DNA of 64,000 bases from Candidatus Marinacidobacterales bacterium (GCA_965226495.1 OZ245365.1:192001-256000); one strand, 5' to 3'; counted from the first letter of the stretch, positions 55,562 to 64,000 are shown. Made by a program: numbers and translations. The notes: generated by a model from the sequence alone, not told the origin.

Positions 55562-55741
55562 TCAACTGCCGAGACTCGAGCACGACATGAGATCGCAGCT
55601 TGTTCCGCTTCCGGTGGCCCCGATCGTCAAAGTTTTGCAACCCGCCGCCAGGCACTCTTGGGGCTCGAGTGCGATCTTCCTGATTTCTGGTTTCGAATAC
55701 TGTTTGCGCATCTCTCGCTTGGAAGTCTCTTTGCGTTGCAT
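55562..55741 (-). CDS. Putative RiPP precursor peptide (59 aa; RRE-binding leader, Cys/Ser/Gly/Thr-rich core)
   Basis: GGAGGG RBS then MQRKETSKREMRKQYSKPEIRKIALEPQECLAAGCKTLTIGATGSGTSCDLMSCSSLGS; YxKPxI leader motif; PqqD gene 4.1 kb upstream on the same strand. Confidence 0.75.
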   Translation of the reverse strand: MQRKETSKREMRKQYSKPEIRKIALEPQECLAAGCKTLTIGATGSGTSCDLMSCSSLGS

Positions 55742-56208
55742 CTTGGCCCTCCGGTACTCGCTCTGTCGTACTCGAGCTTCCGCAGAAAAACTAGTGGCGC
55801 TCCTAGTCGAAGGAGCGCACGTAGAATCTGTGCGCAAGTTTTATTGAGAAGAAAAAAGTTGTATGAACATTTATAACACGTCGTGATCGCGAATGCAAAA
55901 ACGTAGTCCATCTGAGAGCCACCGCAGAATCGCCTCTAACCACAAAGAAAGAGGAAACTCTTTCAATTCCGTCCATTGGGCTCGAGGGGGGGTGACGCGA
56001 GGTTGCGAGTTTGATGGGAATTCCCTATGGCGTGTGGTCTTAACCCTACAGGGATGAGTGACCGATCGGCTCTCCAATCCTCGGGGGTGACGGCCTAATG
56101 CCCTTCTTCTCAGTTGTTTACCTTTCGCGTATACGGTAGACCTTCGCGGGCACAATTCTTGAACGTAGGAATTTGGCAACGTGTTTTCGTTTTCAGCCTG
56201 GATCGAAC

Positions 56209-58431
56209 ATGGATACCCAATACGCAAGACAGTCTGGCCCTTGGCGTGCGCATCCCAGTCTAGATCTGCGCGACTACCTGAACGTCGTTCTTAAACGGCG
56301 TTTCCTGGTCGGTGTGGTGGCGCTCGCGGTCCTTGCCGTGAGCATCGTCGATACGTTGCTCGAAACGCCGGCTTACCGCGCGTCCGCCCTGATTCAAATC
56401 GACTGGGTAAAGATCAATCTGGTTCAAGACGTGATTGTCGAGGATGTGGGGGCAGCGCTCGGAGTGCTTTTCGCGACCGAGGAAAGGATCATGCAGAGCC
56501 GGCCGCTTGCGGAGCAAGTCGTAGAAGCGCTCCGGCTTTGGGAGCACCCGGTCTTCGGCTCGGCGAAAGATCCCCCGTCGCCGGCCGAGCACGAAAAGCT
56601 GGTCAAGCGCACCGCTGCTGCAATGTTGTCGATGATGCGGATCGCTCACGTGATGGATACGCAGTTGTTCGAAGTGACCTTTCAGACGCCGGACGCCGAG
56701 CTCTCCGCGAAGCTAGCCAATACTCTCGTTAGTCAGTATGTCGTGTTCAGTTCGGAGGCGGACTCCGGGATAGCCAGAAATACGCTGAGCTTTATTCGGG
56801 AGAAGATCGAGGAACTGCAGCGGGGTATTCTGAAAAAGGAACGGCTTCTTCGCGATTTCGACAAAGGGAGACAACTAGTAGCGGCGGACACCGGTGATCG
56901 GACGGCCGTAGCTGAGAGGCTGGCGGAGCATCATCGCCAGCTCGCGCAGGCGGAGGCCGAACGTGCATCCGCAGAAGCCCAGTATCTGAGTCTCAAGAGG
57001 GCACGCCCGGAGGATTTGTCTGGAATTCAAGCGAACGGTCGCTATCGGAGCCTCCAGGACAAGCAGGCGACGCTACGGGAGCAGTACGCCGAGATGGGCT
57101 CCAAGTTCAAACCAGAGTGGCCAGAGATGCAACGACTCGCTGCCAAGATCGAGGAAGTGCAGCAAAGTCTGGAATCGGTGCTTGCAGAAGAAGCCGACAA
57201 GGGGATCGCCGTTGCGCGGGTAGCATACGGAACCGCGGTAGAGAGGGAGCGGCTCCTTCGAGAGGCGCTTCGGAAACAATCGGAGCAAGCACGAGAGGTC
57301 GTCGCCGCAACGGTGGACTACGATCAGGCGAGAAGCGAGCTAAATAACGATCGAGAGATTCTACAGGGGCTCTTGCGGCGAGCGACCGAAACCGGGTTGA
57401 GCGCCGACTTGAGAGAGCAGCAGCCAACAAGAGTTCGCATTGTGCAAGGAGCAGAGGTTCCGGGCGGCCCTTTTTCTCCCAACGTTCCAATGAATGCCTT
57501 GATGGGCGCTTTGCTCGGCTGTGCTCTTGCCGTCGGCCTCGCGTTCCTCCTGGAATACGCGGACAGCACCATTCGAACCGCAGAAGATCTTCGGCGGTGG
57601 GTACCGCTTCCGTGCCTGGGCGTGATTCCGGGCTACGGAACCGAACACTTCCAGGTCACGCAACGAGTACTACCCGGATTCCGTCCTAAGCGACTGCCTT
57701 CGGGTCGGATGGCCGAGCGTTCCAATGGCGAGGGACAAGGGCAGTCGTATTTGCCGATGTTATTCGATGAGAGGCAGCATCTTCAGGAGAACCGAGAGCT
57801 GCTCAACGAACGTCTCAAGTTTCTTCGCGGCTCCCTGCTCTTGAGCACACCGGGTCACGTTCCGCAGACGATACTAGTCACGAGTGCCGAGAAGGGCGCC
57901 GGAAAGAGCTTCGTGTCCTGTAACTTGGGACTTGCACTGGTCCAACTCGACAAGAAAGTCCTGCTGGTGGACTCGGATCTCAGGAACCCTCGGTTACACC
58001 GGGTATTCAACTATCGTAATCGAACGGGTTTGACCAATGTCCTCACCGGTCAGAGGCAGCTAAACGATGGGTGCGTTGTGCGGACCGAAACGCCGAACCT
58101 CTTTCTACTGATGGCCGGCCCTAAAAGTCCCACGCCCGGAGAGCTGCTGGCTTCTCAAGCCATGGAGCAGACGTTGGAAACGTGTGCCTCCCATTTCGAC
58201 TTCGTGGTCGTGGACTCGGCGCCCCTGTTGCCGGTCTTTGACACGCATTCATTGTGCGGGCGCTGTGACGCGGTGTTGTTGGTCACTAGGAGCGGCCGAA
58301 GCACGCGCAACGAGCTGAAGAGCACCTTGGAATTGATCGAAAAGGTCAATGGCAAGGTGACCGGCGTCGTTCTCAACGACGTGGACCTCAAATCACAACC
58401 GGGTCAATACTACGGTCGCTACACCTACTAG
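56209..58431 (+). CDS. wzc: Polysaccharide co-polymerase / tyrosine autokinase (Wzc/GumC family)
   Basis: LDLRDYL, two TM helices, periplasmic coiled coil (KFKPEWPEM), Walker A SAEKGAGKS, DSDLRNP, VVVDSAP, Tyr-rich tail YYGRYTY. Confidence 0.93.
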   Translation: MDTQYARQSGPWRAHPSLDLRDYLNVVLKRRFLVGVVALAVLAVSIVDTLLETPAYRASALIQIDWVKINLVQDVIVEDVGAALGVLFATEERIMQSRPLAEQVVEALRLWEHPVFGSAKDPPSPAEHEKLVKRTAAAMLSMMRIAHVMDTQLFEVTFQTPDAELSAKLANTLVSQYVVFSSEADSGIARNTLSFIREKIEELQRGILKKERLLRDFDKGRQLVAADTGDRTAVAERLAEHHRQLAQAEAERASAEAQYLSLKRARPEDLSGIQANGRYRSLQDKQATLREQYAEMGSKFKPEWPEMQRLAAKIEEVQQSLESVLAEEADKGIAVARVAYGTAVERERLLREALRKQSEQAREVVAATVDYDQARSELNNDREILQGLLRRATETGLSADLREQQPTRVRIVQGAEVPGGPFSPNVPMNALMGALLGCALAVGLAFLLEYADSTIRTAEDLRRWVPLPCLGVIPGYGTEHFQVTQRVLPGFRPKRLPSGRMAERSNGEGQGQSYLPMLFDERQHLQENRELLNERLKFLRGSLLLSTPGHVPQTILVTSAEKGAGKSFVSCNLGLALVQLDKKVLLVDSDLRNPRLHRVFNYRNRTGLTNVLTGQRQLNDGCVVRTETPNLFLLMAGPKSPTPGELLASQAMEQTLETCASHFDFVVVDSAPLLPVFDTHSLCGRCDAVLLVTRSGRSTRNELKSTLELIEKVNGKVTGVVLNDVDLKSQPGQYYGRYTY

Positions 58432-59666
58432 CTCGGAATCGGGGTCCCGCCGGAGTCTTCCTCGATCGGTAGCAGTTCTTGTTCTTTTTTCCACCCAGCG
58501 AATATCGCCCAGAACAACCACACCTGCGCCCGTAGTCGGTAGGCGGTCCCGATGTTGCTGACGAACAGCCCGTAAAGGATAACCATTGCTAGCGTAATCG
58601 AGATCAACACCAAGCTACCGCTGAGGTTCTGACGGAGACCCAATTTCATGCCCCGAAAGATGCGAGGATACAGAAGGAGCCAAAAGATCATCTCCGGAAT
58701 GACCAGCATCTGTCGTGCCGACCCGAGTTGCCATGGAAGAGGTACGGTCAGGAAATAGAAAACGCCGAGGGGTAAGAACTTGAGGGCGGCAAGAGGAGTC
58801 GATACGTCGCTTCCACGAAGGTAGCCAGAAGAGGCTGATGCCAGATCATCTCGTGAGGATTGGACTTGTCCCAAGAACTCTCTGCTGTTCTCCGGCAAGA
58901 CTTTCAGGATCCCCGAGCTCGAACCGGAGACAACTAGAAGCACGATCAAACCGCCCAGCACGACAATCCGTCCAATGACGGTAGAGGCCGGGGTCTCCTC
59001 GGTCGAGGCGTCGCCGCCTCCCCAGCGACGGGCTAGAAGGATACCGAGGATGATGCTGGGTAGCAGTACAGCGGCCAAATAGAACCGCAGCGATGTAAGC
59101 GCGCCGATTCCAAGAACCACGATGAAAATCGATCGCGGGCGAAAGCTCTCCTGAAGGATGAGGACGTGATACGAAATCAGACTTAGAACGAAGAGAACCA
59201 ACCCTTCCTTGTAAAGGGCGCCACCCCAAAATGCGAAGACAGGAGAAAAAATCACCAATCGTGCCGCATAGAGAGCGCCGATATCGGTTAGACCTAGTTG
59301 ACGGGAGATTCGGTAGATGAAGACCGGCGTCCAGGCGGTGATGAGGTTGAAGAGCACAATGAGCAAGGGTAGGGCGCGTGCTCCCCGGAGGACGAAGGAG
59401 AATAACGCCATGACGAAGATCATGCCCCATGCGGTACGACCACTCGCCATCATGCTCTGCAGGGTTGGGGAGGTACCGTCGGCCATCCACTCGAGTGCGA
59501 TTCGCCTCCCCATAGCCTCGTACGTCATGGCGTCTTCGACTAAAGAAAAATCCGTGTACCAGGACGCCCACCAGGCGAGCAGCCCCAGCAAACAACGCAG
59601 CGCGAAGCTCAGCCAATAGATGGACTTCTCGTTGGTGCCGTCGATGGTGCTATCGAGTCGGTGCAT
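58428..59666 (-). CDS. Polytopic membrane protein, GT-C / Wzy polymerase-like
   Basis: About 10 TM helices, EDAMTYE first loop, YKEG, PLPWQ, NIGTAYRLRAQ; adjacent to wzc. Confidence 0.65.
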   Translation of the reverse strand: MHRLDSTIDGTNEKSIYWLSFALRCLLGLLAWWASWYTDFSLVEDAMTYEAMGRRIALEWMADGTSPTLQSMMASGRTAWGMIFVMALFSFVLRGARALPLLIVLFNLITAWTPVFIYRISRQLGLTDIGALYAARLVIFSPVFAFWGGALYKEGLVLFVLSLISYHVLILQESFRPRSIFIVVLGIGALTSLRFYLAAVLLPSIILGILLARRWGGGDASTEETPASTVIGRIVVLGGLIVLLVVSGSSSGILKVLPENSREFLGQVQSSRDDLASASSGYLRGSDVSTPLAALKFLPLGVFYFLTVPLPWQLGSARQMLVIPEMIFWLLLYPRIFRGMKLGLRQNLSGSLVLISITLAMVILYGLFVSNIGTAYRLRAQVWLFWAIFAGWKKEQELLPIEEDSGGTPIPS

Positions 59667-59852
59667 CGTTGCTCAAATCGGACCCAGATCTGTCACGCGG
59701 ACCAAGGCTCGACGCGATGGCGGTTCTGTCTTTGATTTTTAGGGTGAAGAGTGAGTCAATTCATTATGGGGAGGGCGAGAGGTTTTTGTCAACCCAACTC
59801 CTTCGCCGATAGCGGCTTGCGGGAGAGGGGTGGGTGGGAGCCGAAGCGGGTA

Positions 59853-60152
59853 CTAGGCGGTCGGACCCTCTTCGATGGCCTGGATACTCACGAGTTGTTC
59901 CACGAATTGTGACACGTCGGCCTCGGCCTGCTGGGTGCTCACGTCGAACTCTTCGACGATGACCGCGCAGATGTCCCGGACGGCGCGCTTTCCATCGACG
60001 AGCTCGTAGACTCGAGCCGCCACTTCGTTCAATGAATAGAGGTTTTCCATTTCTGCGACGCTATCTCTGAGCGGGACGAGAATCACCTCGTCCACAATCT
60101 TGCGTGAGGCCACGCGATCCTTGACGCAGTAGATCTTGTCTAAGTCCATCAT
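59853..60152 (-). CDS. Stand-alone PqqD family protein (RiPP recognition element)
   Basis: RKIVDEVILVP...LYSLNEVAARVYELVDGKRAVRDI...EEFDV...AEADVSQFVEQL. Confidence 0.92.
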   Translation of the reverse strand: MMDLDKIYCVKDRVASRKIVDEVILVPLRDSVAEMENLYSLNEVAARVYELVDGKRAVRDICAVIVEEFDVSTQQAEADVSQFVEQLVSIQAIEEGPTA

Positions 60153-60168
60153 CGTCGAGCCATTTCGA

Positions 60169-60540
60169 TTAAGGGATGAGTAACGCCAGGCCGGTGGCGG
60201 TAATGGTCAAGAGACCCACCAGCACCCACAGGCCAAGGCACCGCCGACGGTCTTTTTCCCGTTCCTGGCTGGTGTTCGCGCGGCCAGTCTCCTCATTCAT
60301 TCGATGCGAGCCCCGCATCCCCATGACGACTCAAGTCTCGCTCGAAGCCTGAACCAACCCCAAGAAAGCAGCCAACAGGGGAACTACGAGCACGAGTCGG
60401 GCGAGCCTTGGAGCGTCTATCCACCCGAGTGCAAGCAGGATGAGAAGGCTTGCCCCCAGGCCGATGGCCCCGAATCGCCATCGACGGCGCACTTCGATTG
60501 GGCCGATGTTGCGTCGTCCGGGAACGTAGTTGGCCTCCAT
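60169..60540 (-). CDS. Small membrane protein with in-frame UGA, candidate selenoprotein (123 aa)
   Basis: After UGA at 60333-60331 the frame stays open for 53 codons including a third TM helix, ending at TAA 60171-60169; a SECIS-like hairpin follows the UGA. Confidence 0.7.
60297..60330 (-). promoter_or_regulatory. Bacterial SECIS-like hairpin
   Basis: UGA-GUCG-UCAU-GGG-GAUGCG-GGGCU-CGCAUC-GA-AUGA: perfect 6-bp upper stem, G-leading loop 17 nt after the UGA, lower UCAU/AUGA stem. Confidence 0.62.
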
Positions 60541-60683
60541 GGAAAGCCTGATTCTAACGAAATCGAGCCCAATGTGCTACGGCCGCCTGTTCAACTTAAG
60601 TTGTGGAAACCCCGTAATTTGGCGGCCTCGTGGCCAACTGAGACAATGGCAAATCTGGATTTCGCTGCGGAGGCTGTCGGCGT

Positions 60684-61184
60684 TTACCAGATCCAGACCT
60701 TGACTTCTTCTTCGTCGGTGCGCACGTGGATCAGGTCTGAGTTCGAGATCTCTCCCAATGCATTTACGACGTCGGAAGCCGCGAAGGCTTCACCGTCGTA
60801 GTGGCGAATCAACTCGGTTACGGTTTCAAGGGGTACGATGACCGAGACCTCTTCGTGCTGGCTGTGGACGGTCACCTCCAGATCACCTCCAGACTTCGAG
60901 ATGAGAACCGTTTCGTCGCCATCCTGCACGCTAACGAAATCTCCGTCAGGAGCGATGATGAGCTCTTGCAGAACCCTTTCCGCGGCTTCCTGATACTCTG
61001 CAAACTCGGGGCAGGGGATGCGGGTAGACTCTTCCGGAGCGAAGGCAACCGCGGCTCTAACGACGACCAAGGGTACCGGAATTACGAAATGGTTTCCATC
61101 CGCCGTGACGTCCACCACGACGTAGCTCGTGCTAGCCACCATGGCGACAAAGGCTAAGGGTAAGACGGCGGCTACTTTGAACAT
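60684..61184 (-). CDS. Hypothetical exported protein
   Basis: Hydrophobic N-terminus; IPVPL.VV, FVSVQDGDETV, ends VKVWIW; similar to the upstream gene. Confidence 0.72.
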   Translation of the reverse strand: MFKVAAVLPLAFVAMVASTSYVVVDVTADGNHFVIPVPLVVVRAAVAFAPEESTRIPCPEFAEYQEAAERVLQELIIAPDGDFVSVQDGDETVLISKSGGDLEVTVHSQHEEVSVIVPLETVTELIRHYDGEAFAASDVVNALGEISNSDLIHVRTDEEEVKVWIW

Positions 61185-61186
61185 TT

Positions 61187-61762
61187 TTATCTCCCTTCGT
61201 CGACCCAGATGCGAACATGACTCTTGCCGTCGTCCACTCGAACGATATCGCCCCGTTGATCCTTGAGCTGAGCGACCGCTTCTCCGAGGTTGAACTGTTC
61301 TCCCTCGCCAGAAAGCAAGGCATCCACCACTGCCATGGGCACTTCGACGCGTACTTCTTCCTTACTCGCCTCGTTGTCGGTCCGATCGACCTCGATGACG
61401 ATGTGCTCGCCCCGTCGCAGGATGCGGAGGCGTTCATTTGGTTTCTCCACCGTAACGAACTCTTTCTCGCCTGCGGCACGAAACTCTTGCCAGAGCCGTC
61501 TTAGATCGCTGATGGAAAGACCGTGGCGATCGAGCTGGACGTGGGCCTCTTGGAGCGCCTCGTCAGGAGCGACGTCGACGGCGACCTCTACGAGAGATAA
61601 AGGTAGGTTGATGTTTACCTTCTCGGCGTCATCCCCTTCGCCGATCACCTGTATGTGAATCCAGGGGGTCCTCTCCTTCGTCGGTTCCTGCGCGTTCGCT
61701 AGGGCACCCGAGACCAGGAGAAGGGTTGCTAGAAGGGCGATACCGTAAGCGGGTCGTTTCAT
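61187..61762 (-). CDS. Hypothetical secreted protein, paralog-like partner of 60684-61184
   Basis: GGAGG RBS before ATG 61762; signal peptide; VNINLPLSLV, FVTVE, VRVEVPMAVVDALL, VRIWVD. Confidence 0.78.
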   Translation of the reverse strand: MKRPAYGIALLATLLLVSGALANAQEPTKERTPWIHIQVIGEGDDAEKVNINLPLSLVEVAVDVAPDEALQEAHVQLDRHGLSISDLRRLWQEFRAAGEKEFVTVEKPNERLRILRRGEHIVIEVDRTDNEASKEEVRVEVPMAVVDALLSGEGEQFNLGEAVAQLKDQRGDIVRVDDGKSHVRIWVDEGR

Positions 61763-61806
61763 TGGCTTCCTCCACACGCCGGTTATTCCGGCGACTCTCA
61801 TGCCCG

Positions 61807-61834
61807 TATACGAAGATCCGAGGGTCAAGGTTCA
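61807..61834 (-). promoter_or_regulatory. ECF sigma-factor promoter
   Basis: Minus strand TGAACC-N16-CGTATA, about 45 nt upstream of ATG 61762. Confidence 0.62.
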
Positions 61835-61914
61835 CGGTTTCTTGTGCCGGGGAAGGAGACGGAGAGAACGCTGCGCCGGCACCAGCTCTGGCTGGAAGGG
61901 TCTAGTTAGCCTCG

Positions 61915-62592
61915 CTAAGGCAGGGCGGTCTCGACGGCTCGTTTTCTTCGGTTCACCAAGCTAGCTACTGGGATTCCGAAAAAAGCCCCAAACACGATCG
62001 TAAATCCCACCCAGAATAGGAGTTGAGGAAAGAACCCCAGCCACAAGAAGCTCGCCCACCAACCCAGCTCCGGAAATCCGGGGGGGATTGCGTCGTAATG
62101 TGTCCCCCACGTCCCGTGCATAGCCAGCGCCATGATGAGGACCACTGGAAGCCGCGCGCCCAACCCGTAAGCAAGAAGTGTCTTGAAAAGCTGCGGCCAG
62201 CCGAGATATTGGAGTCCTGACGTTATCGCTGCGAGCAACCAGATGAACACCAGGCCACCGAGGAAATTCTTCTGAACGAGGAACGCCTGACCCGGACCAC
62301 CCGCCACGAGAAGAAAGCAGCCGAGCACGGCGAGGCCGATCGCCCTTCCCCAGCTCGCCGGCGCGTCGCCGTTCTTGGCGAGGTGGTAAGCGAAATAAAT
62401 CCCGAAGATCGGTGCCAACCACGTGATGCCGATTATCGCCCCGACGCCGCCTGCCTCCGGGTTGAAGAAGACGGTCGACCAGCTGAGGAGCTCGCCAGTC
62501 AAGCGCCACAGAGTGACGACCAGGCTGATGAGAGCAGGGACAAGAACGAGACGCATTGTGGGGGAGCTGCCGCCCAAGGCTGCCTGGTCCAT
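61915..62592 (-). CDS. Hypothetical integral membrane protein
   Basis: About 6 TM helices, WGTHYD motif; AGGAGG RBS. Confidence 0.75.
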   Translation of the reverse strand: MDQAALGGSSPTMRLVLVPALISLVVTLWRLTGELLSWSTVFFNPEAGGVGAIIGITWLAPIFGIYFAYHLAKNGDAPASWGRAIGLAVLGCFLLVAGGPGQAFLVQKNFLGGLVFIWLLAAITSGLQYLGWPQLFKTLLAYGLGARLPVVLIMALAMHGTWGTHYDAIPPGFPELGWWASFLWLGFFPQLLFWVGFTIVFGAFFGIPVASLVNRRKRAVETALP

Positions 62593-62671
62593 GGTCCCTC
62601 CTAATGCTCCTCAGATTAGCACGCGGGATACAAGTACCCTTAGGAGAGACGGAATCGAGTGGAAAAAGTTC

Positions 62672-64000
62672 CTACTTTTCCTGGGAGAGTGGAATCGCTT
62701 TCTCCACCGGCGCCAAGCATCGAGTATCGTCACACGCTTGGTAAACGAGCCGAAGGTCGGACACGCCAGGGTCGACCTCACCGCGGATTGAGATCGAGCC
62801 GCTGTACACCGAAAGTGCTGCATCAGAAAAAGAGAACTTGAAGGTCTCGCCCTCTGGATAACGAACGTTCCGTACGTCTCCTTGGACCTCGGTTGGAATG
62901 AGGTACTTGAATGAGGGTGGATTAGCGTTGACGTGCCAGCCCTCGCGGATGGTGAGGCGGAGCTCGAAGGGCCGCCCAGGAGGGTCCGTTGAAGATGGGT
63001 TGCCCACGACGATGTCAGTCGTCACGAGCTTCTCGGCGAGCTTGTCGATCGACCCGCCTGTCCCGCTTGTCTGGCCTGTCTGGCCTGTCTGGCCTGTTTG
63101 TTTCGCGGATGGGCGCTCCTTACCTGACGGGACTCCCGGTGGCGTCGAGCCACGATGGTACCGATCCACGGCCTGGGCCAAGGTCCGAAGGTTTCCCGGT
63201 CGTTCGTCGAGGTCCGCGGCGAAGGCCTTCATCGCTGACTCGGCTCTTTGTCGGTACACCGTTTCTCCGGTGTGCTCGGCGAGGGCGAGGAGCGTCAGGG
63301 TAGCGACTCCGTTTCCGGAGGGGATGGCACCGTCGAAAACCGTCTTCGGTTGGAAGAGTAAGTGAGGTTTCTCTACGCTCAAAAAGTAGCCACCACTCGA
63401 ATCGCGGAGGCGCCGCTCCATTTCCTCGGCGGTCCGCTCCGCGGCCTCGAGCCAGCGCTTATCCTGGGTCGCTTCGTAGAGCGCGATCAGACCCTTCATG
63501 AGGAAGGCATAGTCATCTAGAAAGGCAGGTATCTTGGTTTCACCTCCGCGCCAGGCATGGAGAAGTGTTCCGTCCTCGGCTTTGAGGTTTCCAAGGATAA
63601 ACGTCGCCGCTTTCTCGGCGGCCTCGAGGTACCTTGGTGCGTCCAGTAAAATACCGCCTCGGGCCATCGCTGCGATCATCATGCCGTTCCAGTCCGTCAA
63701 AACCTTGTCGTCCACGAGAGGGAACTTCCGCCGCTTCCTCACATCGTGAAGCCGAGCCACATGAGGGCCCATCCTCTCGAGTAGCTCCGGGCGACTCCAA
63801 CCCAGGCGTTTCCCGTGTGCGTCGAGCGTGTCGGCAAGGTAAAGCGTGTATTTTTCCCCCTCGAAATTGGGAGGCCCGTCGAAGCCGAAGATAGGCCCTA
63901 GCAGATCATAGCCGTCCCCACTCAGTGCCTCGAGAAGCTCGGAGCCCGTCCAGACGTAGTAAGCGCCCTCTTCGCCATCGGTTTCGGCGTCGATCGCCGA
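62672..64000 (-). CDS. YyaL/SPATA20-like thioredoxin-domain protein with C-terminal DsbD-N-like domain, partial
   Basis: Frame open from the window end: SAIDAETDGEEGAYYVWT, DDKVLTDWNGMMI, FLDDYA, DGAIPSGN; C-terminal GWHVNAN...YQACDDTRC. Confidence 0.9.
   Translation of the reverse strand, partial: SAIDAETDGEEGAYYVWTGSELLEALSGDGYDLLGPIFGFDGPPNFEGEKYTLYLADTLDAHGKRLGWSRPELLERMGPHVARLHDVRKRRKFPLVDDKVLTDWNGMMIAAMARGGILLDAPRYLEAAEKAATFILGNLKAEDGTLLHAWRGGETKIPAFLDDYAFLMKGLIALYEATQDKRWLEAAERTAEEMERRLRDSSGGYFLSVEKPHLLFQPKTVFDGAIPSGNGVATLTLLALAEHTGETVYRQRAESAMKAFAADLDERPGNLRTLAQAVDRYHRGSTPPGVPSGKERPSAKQTGQTGQTGQTSGTGGSIDKLAEKLVTTDIVVGNPSSTDPPGRPFELRLTIREGWHVNANPPSFKYLIPTEVQGDVRNVRYPEGETFKFSFSDAALSVYSGSISIRGEVDPGVSDLRLVYQACDDTRCLAPVEKAIPLSQEK

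Noticed and set aside
55562-55741. Lasso peptide assignment
   Set aside because: The leader motif is similar, but there is no lasso cyclase or B2 protease in the window and the core is Cys-rich.
54459-55847. 462-aa plus-strand ORF and other long antisense ORFs (e.g. 942-1865, 34531-35610, 41395-42552, 51639-52742)
   Set aside because: Shadow frames of real GC-rich genes on the opposite strand, with no recognisable motifs.
25968-64000. tRNA-Val-anchored integrative island
   Set aside because: No integrase and no repeat of the tRNA 3' end seen in the window.
1-64000. CRISPR array, rRNA, IS transposase or prophage
   Set aside because: No repeat-spacer array, rRNA-like sequence, transposase or phage structural operon recognised.

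Overview
GC-rich bacterial chromosomal window. The gene content (Acidobacteria-type secretin cluster, kinase-PD40 protein, Hfq-like protein) suggests Acidobacteriota; this is inference only. The first 9 kb is a hybrid T2SS/type IV pilus operon. Housekeeping and miscellaneous genes follow from 9 to 31 kb: smpB, hfq-like, holB, tmk, SDRs, a Ser/Thr kinase, an HNH protein, a bacilliredoxin, an M23 peptidase, a PHP protein and tRNA-Val. The most notable region is 30.7-60.5 kb. It holds two tandem giant secreted modular proteins (about 4866 and 3278 aa after repairing small indels), each ending in a gingipain-like C25 cysteine peptidase and each preceded by a near-identical sigma54 promoter. Upstream lie an unannotated 59-aa Cys-containing RiPP-like precursor with a YxKPxI leader motif, a Wzc tyrosine autokinase, a polytopic GT-C/Wzy-like protein and a stand-alone PqqD/RRE gene. 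Directly upstream of the PqqD gene is a small membrane protein whose frame reads through an in-frame UGA followed by a SECIS-like hairpin, a candidate selenoprotein. All calls come from reading motifs by eye; no searches were run.
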